Below are positions 34,756 through 44,349 of a stretch of DNA of 64,000 bases, piece by piece. The stretch lies in IMG/VR virus record IMGVR_UViG_3300047443_000090, positions 1-64,000 of that record; one strand, given 5' to 3'. This DNA comes from a virus. Both the position numbers and the translations under genes were made by a program. The notes beneath the pieces were generated by a model. The model had not been told where the DNA came from and did not search any database. It was given only the letters and a program-made list of their open reading frames with translations. Positions within the stretch are counted from its first letter, which is position 1. Each line of letters begins with the position of its first letter.

Positions 34756-36147
34756 ATGACGAACTTTGTAACCCCAATCGCTGCGCCAGCGCTTCAACCG
34801 CTGGCGAATAGCTTTGAATATGACCAGCTCGAAAGCGAGCTGAAGGCGGTATTCTCAACCGTCTTTGAGAGCCTTGTCCGTGACCGCGAGCGCAACCTCA
34901 ATATGTACGGCATGGCGCACATCGGCGGCGATGACCTGATGGCTAGTAGCCTGAAGGCTGACGGGATCGCAATGGTGCGCCGCAGCTCGACACGGATGCA
35001 GTTCTTGATGAAGGCAGAGCGCTCGCGCAACCCGCGCCGTGGCCTGCTGTTCATCAAGAAGTACCTGCAATCCATCTGGCCGAACATTTGGGTTTGTGAG
35101 CCGCTGTGGCAGCCGGTGAGCGATACTGTCAACTACCCTTCCGCTGCGATACCCCTCACGTCAGAATTGAGCATCGGCTCGGGCGTGACTGCGGATTACG
35201 CGGGCGGTGCGGTAGGCGACCCGGTGGCGCTATACCGCACTGATGGGACTGGTAAAAACCTGCTGTACACCACGCCGCGCACCAATGCCTTGCGCAACAA
35301 CACAATGCAAGGGGCCGTTAGCGGAACGCCGGGGACGCTTCCTACGAACTGGACGCTTGGAGCCGCACCCGGCCTGACGCAGCAGGTTGTTGGCGTGGGC
35401 TCGACTGGGGGTATCTCCTATATCGACGTTCGCGTTTTCGGTACGCCTACTTCCGTTGCAAACAGTTCTGCATTTCACTTCGATCTCCACGCAGTAGTTA
35501 ATGCGGCAGTAGGCGAGAGCTGGACGGCCAGTGCATTCATCGCGCTCATTGCGGGATCGCTCGCAAACGTCGCCAACTTCGGTATCGGCTTTCGTGAGAG
35601 CGATGCCGCTGGGACTGCCCTTGTAACCGGATTGGGTGCGGCGGTCGCGCCTACGGCGACCCTGACGCGCTACAGCGAAACGCACATTAATACGAATGCT
35701 GGGACGGCTAAGGCGAATTGCAACATTCGGTGGACGAATATCAATACCGTGTCGCCGGTAGATTTCACCCTGCGCATCGGTATGCCGCAGCTAGAGCAAT
35801 CGAGCGTGGCAACGTCACCGATCCCGACGACGAACGCCGCAGTAACCGTGACGGACTACTCCATTTCCGCGAGCGGCGTGGCGACGTTCGCCAGCGGCCC
35901 GCCGCCCACGAACGTTCGATACTTCCGCACCAGCCGCACCCGCATCACCCTGCCGGTGTCGGTGGACAACGGCCTCGGCCTGACGGAAATCGCAAAGGCG
36001 TTCCGCTCCACGCTGGCCGCGCGCCTGATGCTGGAATTCAAGCTGGGTACGGTTTTCGACAATAGCGGCAATAACGGCGGGCTTGCGCTCGCAAATGCCA
36101 CCATCGGCATCATGCCAATCACACTTATCGGCACGCTTCAAAACTAA
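34756..36147 (+). CDS. Baseplate/tail protein with an inserted beta-rich domain
   Basis: RRGLLFIKKYLQ core interrupted by a RTNALRN...QLEQSSVATSPIPTT module. Confidence 0.65.
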   Translation: MTNFVTPIAAPALQPLANSFEYDQLESELKAVFSTVFESLVRDRERNLNMYGMAHIGGDDLMASSLKADGIAMVRRSSTRMQFLMKAERSRNPRRGLLFIKKYLQSIWPNIWVCEPLWQPVSDTVNYPSAAIPLTSELSIGSGVTADYAGGAVGDPVALYRTDGTGKNLLYTTPRTNALRNNTMQGAVSGTPGTLPTNWTLGAAPGLTQQVVGVGSTGGISYIDVRVFGTPTSVANSSAFHFDLHAVVNAAVGESWTASAFIALIAGSLANVANFGIGFRESDAAGTALVTGLGAAVAPTATLTRYSETHINTNAGTAKANCNIRWTNINTVSPVDFTLRIGMPQLEQSSVATSPIPTTNAAVTVTDYSISASGVATFASGPPPTNVRYFRTSRTRITLPVSVDNGLGLTEIAKAFRSTLAARLMLEFKLGTVFDNSGNNGGLALANATIGIMPITLIGTLQN

Positions 36148-36156
36148 GAGGATCAC

Positions 36157-37008
36157 ATGGCTCAAAAGACAGAAATCATCCGTTACAACGTGCGCGAGCG
36201 GGGCCGCGCCCATCGGGGCAAGGATCGCAATTTTGATCTGCGCGCGCTGGCGTCGCTGGTCAACTCGCCAGAGATTCAGGAGCGCGTAAAGAACCGCGAC
36301 ATGGTGGGCTATTACGGCCACTGGCAGCGCATGAAGTTCGGCCTGACGCCACCAGAAACAGTCATCGTAGATGGCCGCAACGTGAATCTTGAACCGGCTA
36401 TCGTGACGACGATGCTGCGCGCCGACGCTGACGGCAACATCGAGCACCAGACCGAATTCCTCGACACGGCAGCGGGCAAGATTGCCGCGCGCCTGCACAA
36501 GAGCAAAACGGGCGGGTTCTCCAGCGCGATCAATGCCGTCCCGCGCGGCAACTTCGACGTGGCAACCGCGTTTGCCGGTTTCGATTATGTGCTGGAGCCG
36601 AACTACACGACCAATCGCGGCTATATTTTCGACAGCGCCGGGGCAGCCGCAGAAGGCTCCATCTTCGATTTCGTGATGCAGGACTACCACACGGGCACCG
36701 CGCACATGGCGACGCTGTACGACAGCCTGCAAGGCGATCACATGCTGGCGTTGCAGACCTTGCAGCGCGTGCAGGAAGAAAACATGGAGCTGCTGTCGAT
36801 TCTGGCCGCATCCAATAGCCGCGCCGTGCTCGATGGCGTGGATAACGCCGTTGCGCCGCGCATGGTGGCAAAGAAGGCCACGACGGATTTTGCCCGCACC
36901 GCCGCCATGTTCCGCAATGCCGATCTGGTGGGCCTCGAAAAGCTACCTGATCCAAAGGGCGATATGGTTCTCGATCAGGTGGCGGCACACTACGGGATGG
37001 CGCGATGA
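36157..37008 (+). CDS. pro: Head-processing protease (P1 Pro-like)
   Basis: GYYGH..R, PET, GKI, GGFSS and DYV..PNY motifs shared with P1 Pro as recalled. Confidence 0.75.
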   Translation: MAQKTEIIRYNVRERGRAHRGKDRNFDLRALASLVNSPEIQERVKNRDMVGYYGHWQRMKFGLTPPETVIVDGRNVNLEPAIVTTMLRADADGNIEHQTEFLDTAAGKIAARLHKSKTGGFSSAINAVPRGNFDVATAFAGFDYVLEPNYTTNRGYIFDSAGAAAEGSIFDFVMQDYHTGTAHMATLYDSLQGDHMLALQTLQRVQEENMELLSILAASNSRAVLDGVDNAVAPRMVAKKATTDFARTAAMFRNADLVGLEKLPDPKGDMVLDQVAAHYGMAR

Positions 37009-37772
37009 GCCTGCGCACGCCATTGGAAGTGGCGTTTGGCGGGTACTTGGGCCGCTTCTATAGCCAGCTCATAGCAGATACGCCTGCGATGGCCGAATAC
37101 GTCAAGCGCGGCCTTGCAAAGTCGATTTCATGGGTTCCGGGCCGGATGATAGACGGCGTGGAGGACATGCTGTCAGAGTGGCGCAAGAATGACAACTCGG
37201 GCGGCCCCGGCGAATCGTCGTTCCTGCCTGTCATGCTGGTTGCCATGAGCAAGGATTTTGTAACCGCCCTGCCCGATTGGGGCGTAGCTCTCGGCACGCC
37301 GGTTGATTTCGTGATCCCCGAAGACCCGGAGCAGCGCGCGTATAAGATTCGGCTTTCCATGAATGAATACCGCTGCCAGATAGTCATAATCGCAGCGGAG
37401 GTGCATACCGCGCACAGCTTGGCTATGCAGCTCAACCTGTACGCGAACGGGCCGGATGGGCGGCGCTTTAAGCATATCCACATGCACGCGGGGTTCCCGC
37501 TGGAGTTCCCCGCCGTGCTGGAAAACATCGACATCGGCGCAATGGACAACAAGAGCGAGCAGAAGAACCTTACCGTTCTGGTTGCCGAAATCAACCTGCG
37601 CGCCGCCATACCGCTGATTCAAGCGCCGCGCGCTGATGAGCCGAATGATGGCGGCACGGCCCCAGCGGGCTATCCGGTGGTCATGGAGGTGAATTCGTTT
37701 GACGCGGTGAGCCTGAATAAGATCAGGACGTATGTCGATGGCGATGAAATCAAGACGGAGTTTTCCCGGTGA
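37005..37772 (+). CDS. Virion structural protein (tail completion-like)
   Basis: 255 aa in the late operon. Confidence 0.6.
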   Translation: MSLRTPLEVAFGGYLGRFYSQLIADTPAMAEYVKRGLAKSISWVPGRMIDGVEDMLSEWRKNDNSGGPGESSFLPVMLVAMSKDFVTALPDWGVALGTPVDFVIPEDPEQRAYKIRLSMNEYRCQIVIIAAEVHTAHSLAMQLNLYANGPDGRRFKHIHMHAGFPLEFPAVLENIDIGAMDNKSEQKNLTVLVAEINLRAAIPLIQAPRADEPNDGGTAPAGYPVVMEVNSFDAVSLNKIRTYVDGDEIKTEFSR

Positions 37773-38230
37773 GTTCGATTCGTGTAGCGGCTGAAATTAC
37801 CGGGTATGCTGGCCCCGCTGTGTGCTTGCTGGGCGCGCTCGACGTGGATAGCGGGCTGTTCATCGTCGCCAAAGAGCTGAAGTTTGGCGAGCGCCCGGAC
37901 GGTGCTGTCATTGTGTCGAACGACCCGCGATCAGAGCAGCGCGATAGCCTGTTCACGGAGGAAAAATTGCAGGACGCAATCCGCCTGTTCTTCCGCGCGC
38001 AGGCTACCGGCGTTGTGGAGCTTCTGCCGACTGTGACAAAGCATGAGCCGTCCCATCGAATCGAATCTGATGGAATTGGCGAAAAGGGCACAAGATACCG
38101 CCTATCGCCTGACATCACGAACGGAAACGTAGCTGTCCTGGCCCTGCTGTCGGCATCGGACAGCACGTACCGGGCGCAGGCCGCGACTGACTTTTCGACC
38201 GAACTAGCCGAAATGTTCATGACGATCTAG
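37769..38230 (+). CDS. Hypothetical morphogenesis protein
   Basis: 153 aa, GTGA overlap. Confidence 0.6.
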   Translation: MSSIRVAAEITGYAGPAVCLLGALDVDSGLFIVAKELKFGERPDGAVIVSNDPRSEQRDSLFTEEKLQDAIRLFFRAQATGVVELLPTVTKHEPSHRIESDGIGEKGTRYRLSPDITNGNVAVLALLSASDSTYRAQAATDFSTELAEMFMTI

Positions 38231-38235
38231 CCATA

Positions 38236-38296
38236 GGAAAATAGCGCACTCCCCGCCTCGAAGCGAGCCGCAAAATATATCGGTTCACTTCGAGGT
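38236..38296 (+). promoter_or_regulatory. Candidate late promoter with the -10 in the loop of an SD-occluding hairpin
   Basis: GGAAAA-N29-CAAAAT; CCTCGAAGCGAGCCG / CGGTTCACTTCGAGG inverted repeat. Confidence 0.7.
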
Positions 38297-38300
38297 AACG

Positions 38301-39782
38301 ATGCCCACACCAAACCTTAACCCTAAAATCACGCAAGCCGGTCTAGCGCTGTTCCCTGCGCCATCGGTGCCCGGCTTCCATATCGAGCTGACGCACGTTG
38401 CGCTGGGCACCAGCATGTACGCGCCGCTCGGCAGCGAGACAGCCCTGAAAGCCGAAGTCGCCCGGTTCCCAATCCTTAGCGGCACAAACCCATCGCCGCG
38501 ACAGGTGCAAGTCGGCCTCACGATCACGGACACGGACCCTAGTGGCAAGAGCGCGAACGGCAAGGGCGTTGGCGAAATCGGCTTTTACTCTGGCACTACC
38601 CTGTTCGCAATCTGGAGCCAGCCTACCGAACCTCTGTTCTACAAGTCGGCGGCGTTCGATATTCCGCTGGCCTACACGCTCGATGTCTCGATCCTCCCGG
38701 CTGGCTCGGTGACGATCACGGTTGACGCCCAGCAGGCCGGGCTGTCGTCGTTCATCCTCGCGCACGAGGCGAAGGTAGACCCGCACCCGCAATACCTCAC
38801 GGTGGTTGAGGGCGATGCTGCCTATGCGCCAAAGAGCCATACCACGGCAACCGATCCGCACCCGCAGTATTTGACGCCAGCAGAGGGCGATGTGGCATAC
38901 ACGCCCCTCTCCCACGCCAGCGCGACCGATCCGCACCCCCAATACCTGACGCCAGCAGAAGGTGCTGCCGCCTACGCGCCGCTGAGTCACACGTCGGCAA
39001 CCGATCCGCACCCGCAATACCTGACGCCAGCCGAAGGCGACGCCGCGTATATAAAACAAGGTGGCGGCCCCGGTCAGTCTGGTAATAAACTGAACATGGG
39101 CTGGACTGGCACTGGGGTTAAAGTATCGGTCGATAATGTTGACCTTGGGAGTATTGCCTTCCAAAGCTGGGTAAATCAACTTTTCACCGACCTCGTTGGC
39201 GCAGCGCCGCAGACTCTAAACCAGATCAACGAGCTGGCCGCTGCAATCGGTTCCGATCCGAATTTCGCAGTCACGATGTCCAACGCGCTGGCCGGTAAAG
39301 AGGCGAAATTCGCTTCCGGTACGCGCCTCGTGTTTTCGCAAGGTGCAGCGCCGACCGGCTGGACTCAAGTAACCGACGACTCGGCCAATAACCGTATGCT
39401 GCGCGTGGTAAACGGCGCTGGCGGCGGCACTGGCGGTTATCACGATCCATCGTATAACAACGTAGTCGCAGCCCACACCCACGGCTTCTCGACCGGCAAC
39501 GTCAGCGCGGATCACGCGCACGGTATTGGCGACCCCGGCCACGTTCACGGCGGCGGCATGATGGTTGGCAACCTCAACTATGGTGCGGGCGGTAACTCAT
39601 ACCTCGAAGAAGGTGCGGGCGCACCGAACTACACGCGCGAGTGGATGACTGGCGCAGCTACCGGCATTTGGCTTGGCGGTGCTACCTCTAACCACACTCA
39701 CTCCGGTTCTACCGACAACGGTTCGTCGTCTACGAACTGGGAGCCTCGCTACATCAACCTGATTATCTGCTACAAGAACTAA
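38301..39782 (+). CDS. Tail fibre protein
   Basis: N-terminal KITQAGL baseplate-anchor domain, DPHPQY repeats, APQTLNQINELAAAIGSDPNFA, tail-collar APTGW and HxH tip motifs. Confidence 0.9.
   Translation: MPTPNLNPKITQAGLALFPAPSVPGFHIELTHVALGTSMYAPLGSETALKAEVARFPILSGTNPSPRQVQVGLTITDTDPSGKSANGKGVGEIGFYSGTTLFAIWSQPTEPLFYKSAAFDIPLAYTLDVSILPAGSVTITVDAQQAGLSSFILAHEAKVDPHPQYLTVVEGDAAYAPKSHTTATDPHPQYLTPAEGDVAYTPLSHASATDPHPQYLTPAEGAAAYAPLSHTSATDPHPQYLTPAEGDAAYIKQGGGPGQSGNKLNMGWTGTGVKVSVDNVDLGSIAFQSWVNQLFTDLVGAAPQTLNQINELAAAIGSDPNFAVTMSNALAGKEAKFASGTRLVFSQGAAPTGWTQVTDDSANNRMLRVVNGAGGGTGGYHDPSYNNVVAAHTHGFSTGNVSADHAHGIGDPGHVHGGGMMVGNLNYGAGGNSYLEEGAGAPNYTREWMTGAATGIWLGGATSNHTHSGSTDNGSSSTNWEPRYINLIICYKN
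38763..39050 (+). repeat. Four 75-bp tandem repeats in the tail fibre
   Basis: DPHPQYLT units start at 38778, 38853, 38928 and 39003. Confidence 0.9.
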
Positions 39783-39791
39783 GGAGCCGAA

Positions 39792-40031
39792 ATGAGCAAA
39801 ATTACCGGGCACCAATGGGGCGACGATATGCGCTATATCGGCGCATACGAGTTCCCAAACAACCTCGACAAAGAGGAAATACACCTGCCGCCGCGTACTA
39901 CCCTGCTGGAGCCTCCTATGGGCCTTCCAGTCGATCAGGAGGCCGCGTGGTTTGAGCGGGGCCAGCGCTGGATCGTTCGCGGCGTGATGATGTCGCACAT
40001 GCCTACCCGCGAGGTGCCGGATGAGCATTAA
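39792..40031 (+). CDS. Tail fibre assembly-like protein
   Basis: YIGAY...LPPRTTLLEPP...W. Confidence 0.65.
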   Translation: MSKITGHQWGDDMRYIGAYEFPNNLDKEEIHLPPRTTLLEPPMGLPVDQEAAWFERGQRWIVRGVMMSHMPTREVPDEH

Positions 40032-40362
40032 TACCGTCATCACTTGCCCGCTTGGCTCCAAGTGCGAGGAAGTCCGCGACAACGCGATTCACCGCTGCGC
40101 GTGGTCTATCCAAATCGCCGGGCAAAACCCGCAGACCGGCGAGACAAAGGACGAGCACGCCTGCGCTATGGCATGGATGCCCATTTTGCTGATTGAGAAT
40201 TCCAAGCAGCAGCGCGGCACGACCGTGGCTATCGAATCGTTCCGCAATGAGACTGTGCAGAGCAACGAGGCAAGCCGCGCGATGATGATGGCCGCCGCGT
40301 CCCTGCCAGCTATGGCGAAGCTGGCTCATGCCGCGCGCACGCATGGCGAGGTGGTGGGATGA
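40021..40362 (+). CDS. Tail-fibre-associated Cys-rich protein
   Basis: CPLGSKC...CAW...CAMAWMPILLIENS...ESFRNE. Confidence 0.7.
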   Translation: MSINTVITCPLGSKCEEVRDNAIHRCAWSIQIAGQNPQTGETKDEHACAMAWMPILLIENSKQQRGTTVAIESFRNETVQSNEASRAMMMAAASLPAMAKLAHAARTHGEVVG

Positions 40363-40958
40363 TCCGCGCCATGTGGGTGATGGTCTATGCTGTCGCGGTG
40401 CTGGTGAGCTTGGCTATCGACGTGGCCGCGCGCTTCTGCCTGAACTGGATCGTTGCGGCGCTGTGCGACGACAGCGGGAACCTGCCGCGCTGCCTGCGCT
40501 GGTTCCAGACCTTTGACGACGACTGCGACGCCGGTATGCGCGCGCGCCGTAACGAGCTGCGCCAGAGCCCGCCCGGCGATACATGGGCGGCGTTCGCCCC
40601 CTTCCCCGTTACGTGGCTAGACCGCTACCGTAACCGTGCGCTATGGCTGTTCCGCAATAGCTCCTACGGGTTTTCTTACTACCTTTTCGGTCGCTCGTTC
40701 AAGCCGTGGAAATGGGTTGTTGCCCGCCACATCGACACACCGGCCCTGACGCTGTTCATTGCGACCGGCCCGCGCGGCGCGTTCAACGTCTACTATCACG
40801 GCCAGTTCGGCATGTGCAAGCTCGGCTGGAAGGCGTGGAACTACTACGTTCCCGCCGCTGGTGATTCCCCCGCGCGGTGGAAGGCATCCCCTTGGGGGTC
40901 TATGTGGCGCGTTCCTATGACGTTCTCGATCAACCCGTTCAAGCGCAAGGTGGGCTGA
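40359..40958 (+). CDS. Putative membrane protein
   Basis: N-terminal TM; LRWFQTFD, WLFRNSSYGF and KLGWK motifs. Confidence 0.7.
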   Translation: MIRAMWVMVYAVAVLVSLAIDVAARFCLNWIVAALCDDSGNLPRCLRWFQTFDDDCDAGMRARRNELRQSPPGDTWAAFAPFPVTWLDRYRNRALWLFRNSSYGFSYYLFGRSFKPWKWVVARHIDTPALTLFIATGPRGAFNVYYHGQFGMCKLGWKAWNYYVPAAGDSPARWKASPWGSMWRVPMTFSINPFKRKVG

Positions 40959-41275
40959 TGCCGTCGCCAATTTCAGCGGCCCGGTTCGTTACCGCCGTGC
41001 GGGCGTTCGCCGTGCAAACGCCGAACTGGGGCACGGCTATCCGCTACTACACGAAGCCGGACGAGCGCAACGACATCACGCTCATCGCCGACCGCGTGTA
41101 CGGCGACCGCAGCGCATTCATGGCCGTGTTTGCAGCGGCGGGCATGGACACGCTGGAGCAGCAGCTAGACGAGCAATTGCTTGTCCTGCCGACCTATCAA
41201 CAATTGCAGATCATCAAGCGACAAACAGGATATTTGACCGATGCCGAACAACTCGCGTATAGCTCCCTCAGTTAA
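40958..41275 (+). CDS. Baseplate protein (tail X/LysM-like)
   Basis: PDERNDITLIADRVYG...LLVLP. Confidence 0.6.
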   Translation: MPSPISAARFVTAVRAFAVQTPNWGTAIRYYTKPDERNDITLIADRVYGDRSAFMAVFAAAGMDTLEQQLDEQLLVLPTYQQLQIIKRQTGYLTDAEQLAYSSLS

Positions 41276-42272
41276 GGCGGCACTGGCCGGGGCAGTCTCG
41301 GTCAAGCGCGAGGCCGCCGACGCCGCAGCGTTCGATCTGGCGCGCAGGCAGGCCGCTACGACCATCCTGCGCCCGAATGAGGTATCGGGCGAGTATGACG
41401 CTGGCCGCCTGCTGACGACTACCCTGCGCGGCGAGGTGCGCGCGCTGACGCATGACGACATTCGCGCGTTCCAGAACAACGTCGCCCGGCTGAAAAAGAA
41501 ATTCAAGGGCGGCATCACGGCCCAGTCCGTAATCGACCTCGCGCTGGGCACCGACAAGGATCGCGCGAACAAGCAGATCAACATGGCGGTTCCGGCCCAC
41601 ATACACGATGGGAAAGTGCATTTCATCACGAATGCCGGGCCTGACTCCAATGTGTCGCGGCACCACGTCCATGTGCAGTTTCTGGACTTTGACGCGGCGG
41701 TTGGCGCGTCGCCAAACGACCCTAAGAAGCTGGGCAAGCTGGTGGCGAATGGGCGGCTGCTGTTTGATTGCGACTGCGGGCGGCACACGTTCTGGTATCG
41801 GTACATCGCAACCATCGGCAAGTACAACACTGGCCGCGCGGAGACTGGCTATCCGAAGGTCAGGAACCCGAAGCTGATGGGCGTGGCGTGCAAGCACGTC
41901 CTGCGCACCATGCACGTCATCCTGAAGGATCAGGCGGTTCAAGTGAAGATCGCCGGGGCGGTGCTGAAGGCGCGCGCGGTGCTCGACGGCGGCAAGGTCA
42001 AGGCGGAAAAGGTCAAGGTCGCGGAGCTGCGCAAAATGGCCGAGGCGCAGCAGGCCAAGCGCAAGACGAGCACGAACCTTAAAACCAGTGATGAAAAGAA
42101 GCAGGCGGCGGCCATCAGGAAGGCCAAAACCGATATGAAAAAGGCGGCGACGGAGCAGGCCAAGCCGACGAATGCAATGCGACAGGTGGCGCGGCACGCG
42201 CAGTCACTTCTGGCGCTGGGCGCTATCACGCAGGCGCAATTTGACCAAATCGTAAAAGGAGCTGGGAAGTGA
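41241..42272 (+). CDS. SWIM zinc-finger morphogenesis protein
   Basis: DCDCGRH..WYRY...ACKHV. Confidence 0.7.
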   Translation: MPNNSRIAPSVKAALAGAVSVKREAADAAAFDLARRQAATTILRPNEVSGEYDAGRLLTTTLRGEVRALTHDDIRAFQNNVARLKKKFKGGITAQSVIDLALGTDKDRANKQINMAVPAHIHDGKVHFITNAGPDSNVSRHHVHVQFLDFDAAVGASPNDPKKLGKLVANGRLLFDCDCGRHTFWYRYIATIGKYNTGRAETGYPKVRNPKLMGVACKHVLRTMHVILKDQAVQVKIAGAVLKARAVLDGGKVKAEKVKVAELRKMAEAQQAKRKTSTNLKTSDEKKQAAAIRKAKTDMKKAATEQAKPTNAMRQVARHAQSLLALGAITQAQFDQIVKGAGK

Positions 42273-42766
42273 TTAACAACGTACCGATCAAGATCATGGA
42301 GGCGTCGCGCATTGTCACGCTGCGCCATCCAAACTCCCTCGACTGCGGCGTGTACCGCAAGACCTTGCTACGCCCGCCAGAGGGGCCGCTGATGGGCGGC
42401 CTATCGACGCTGGGCGGGCTGGGCGTGCTCAAGAACGAGGACGATCCCGATTTCGAGTATGTCTTGCTCGGGCCGGGGAAGTTGCATATTACGAGCCGTT
42501 TTGACGGCGGTGAAATGTTCGACCGTGGCGACGGCATCGCTTCGGACGAGCCAATGCAGGAGGCGAATATTGTGTCCGTCAAGGTGCCGGGCTTCGAGCC
42601 GAAGAAGGGCGACCTTGTGGCGGCCATGCCGGGCGGCGGCGTGGTGATAGGGTTCGAGATTATCGGCACGACCGGCAATGTGTCGATCTACCCGTACACG
42701 ACGAAGTTTGTCATCGCGCCGCGCGACGAGCTGCACGACCTCGCGCCGTGGACGCCAGCGCCCTAA
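42269..42766 (+). CDS. Virion structural protein (head-tail joining-like)
   Basis: 165 aa, last gene of the late operon. Confidence 0.55.
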   Translation: MINNVPIKIMEASRIVTLRHPNSLDCGVYRKTLLRPPEGPLMGGLSTLGGLGVLKNEDDPDFEYVLLGPGKLHITSRFDGGEMFDRGDGIASDEPMQEANIVSVKVPGFEPKKGDLVAAMPGGGVVIGFEIIGTTGNVSIYPYTTKFVIAPRDELHDLAPWTPAP

Positions 42767-43080
42767 AAGAGAGAAAATCGCGGGTTCTTCATAAACAGGA
42801 ACGTCCCCGCTTCAACGAAAGCGTTCTGTCGAACCTGCGCCGCGCGCTGGGGCGGTATGTCCAGCTTCACGCCCGGCGCGTGGAACATCATATCGCCAGC
42901 CTCAAGGTCAAAGCCGTTCGCCTTGAATAGCGACCGCAGAGCCCTCTCCTGCCGCGCATGCTGCGCCTTCAGCCGCGTGTTGGCCGCGTCTACTGCCTTC
43001 AGTATCGCATCGAATGAAAGCTGTTCGCCCTGATACGTGACGTTGGCCGTAGCGGTGGCCTGCAAGCGCGCGGCGGGCAT
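42763..43080 (-). CDS. Hypothetical protein
   Basis: 105 aa, accessory cassette. Confidence 0.6.
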   Translation of the reverse strand: MPAARLQATATANVTYQGEQLSFDAILKAVDAANTRLKAQHARQERALRSLFKANGFDLEAGDMMFHAPGVKLDIPPQRAAQVRQNAFVEAGTFLFMKNPRFSLF

Positions 43081-43082
43081 GG

Positions 43083-43598
43083 TTAGCCTTCCATGCCAGT
43101 GTAGTTGCCCTGCGCCGCCAGAAGCGTCAACGCCGCTTCGATGGCGTGCTGAATCGCACCTTTGGCGGTGCTGCCGCCTGTCAGCTTATTGAGGGCTTCA
43201 CCGGCATCCGGGCTGATCCACGTCGTCAAGCGCCGCTCGCCGCGCTCGCGCTTCGCAGCGTCCGACTTGCCGCGCCGCTCTGCTGCCGACATAGCAGGCT
43301 GCCTCTCCCGCGCCTTGGTGGCCGTGCGCTTCGCGCCCTTCTTTGGCACTACAGCGAAATCCTTGCCCATGAGGCTGCTGGCTGCGAATACCTCGCCCGG
43401 CGCGGCCAGCGCAGTAGCGCGCTCGACCTTATTGCCGGTGTCGCAGAAGTGCGTAGTGACGTGCCCCAGCGATACCCACAACCCGCAGGCGTTGAGGGCT
43501 TCTACCGCCTTGTTCCTAGAGGTGGTGGCCACGATGACGCGCACTTGCTTTCCGTCGATGAAGTCGGAGCCAGCGAATACTTTGATTTTGCTTTCCAT
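43083..43598 (-). CDS. Hypothetical protein with a C-terminal RHH-like segment
   Basis: SAAERR...GERRLTTWISPDAGEALNKL. Confidence 0.65.
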   Translation of the reverse strand: MESKIKVFAGSDFIDGKQVRVIVATTSRNKAVEALNACGLWVSLGHVTTHFCDTGNKVERATALAAPGEVFAASSLMGKDFAVVPKKGAKRTATKARERQPAMSAAERRGKSDAAKRERGERRLTTWISPDAGEALNKLTGGSTAKGAIQHAIEAALTLLAAQGNYTGMEG

Positions 43599-43623
43599 GA
43601 TGCTTGCTTTCGATGTGATGCCG

Positions 43624-44001
43624 TTATTGTTTCATCGCCAGCAGGACGTGCTGGCCGGGTATTTCCGAGAGCGCCTTTTCCGGGTAGTCGCAAGCCTGCC
43701 AAACGACATTTACGACCGCGTGCCCGTTGCTGCCGTGCCCGGCGACAAAGCCGAGATAGCCTTCCGGCGTCCACACTTGCTGGCCGGGCGCGAACTGGCG
43801 CGGCGTGTCATCGACCAACACCGGATCGCCTGCGGGCTTGAATTGCTTGCCGAACTCTGTCAGCAGCGCGGCGGCTTGGTACTGGTCAGCCTCTTGGAAC
43901 ACGCGCCCGAGCAGCGTAAGGAAGTCGCCGGTTGCCTTCGCGCCCGGCTTCTCCGATGCGGCTTGCAGCTCGCGCTTGATGGCGTTGAAATGAGCTTCCA
44001 T
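43624..44001 (-). CDS. Hypothetical protein
   Basis: ORF in cassette; start uncertain. Confidence 0.6.
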   Translation of the reverse strand: MEAHFNAIKRELQAASEKPGAKATGDFLTLLGRVFQEADQYQAAALLTEFGKQFKPAGDPVLVDDTPRQFAPGQQVWTPEGYLGFVAGHGSNGHAVVNVVWQACDYPEKALSEIPGQHVLLAMKQ

Positions 44002-44002
44002 G

Positions 44003-44314
44003 TTATTCGTAGTGGCTGTCATTGTCGCCGCCAAAGTCGTCAAGGTACATGCCGCCCGATACCGGGTCATTTTCGCCCGGCAGATGGTTGAGGCTCACTT
44101 GCGGCTCAATCCACTTGTTGCTGGGCTGGGCGTCCGGGTAGGCGGCCAGCGCTGTTTCGGCGTCCGGGTAGGCGTCGATAAAGCATTTCATCGACTGGCC
44201 TTCGAGGACGGAGCCGCGCTCGTAGGTGCCCCAGCCGTAGACGCAGATGGGATTCTGCCCCATGCCCGGCTTGTATTCGTAGGTGTAGCACTCGTACTGT
44301 TCGCTCTTGCTCAT
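44003..44314 (-). CDS. Acidic hypothetical protein
   Basis: VYGWGTYERGSVLEGQ...; AAGGA RBS. Confidence 0.7.
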   Translation of the reverse strand: MSKSEQYECYTYEYKPGMGQNPICVYGWGTYERGSVLEGQSMKCFIDAYPDAETALAAYPDAQPSNKWIEPQVSLNHLPGENDPVSGGMYLDDFGGDNDSHYE

Positions 44315-44349
44315 ATTGGTTCCTTGGTGGTTGCTTGAAAAAGTTGGGG

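Noticed and set aside
38301-40958. Diversity-generating retroelement or invertible tail-fibre cassette
   Set aside because: No reverse transcriptase, no template/variable repeat pair, and no second fibre tip or adjacent invertase seen
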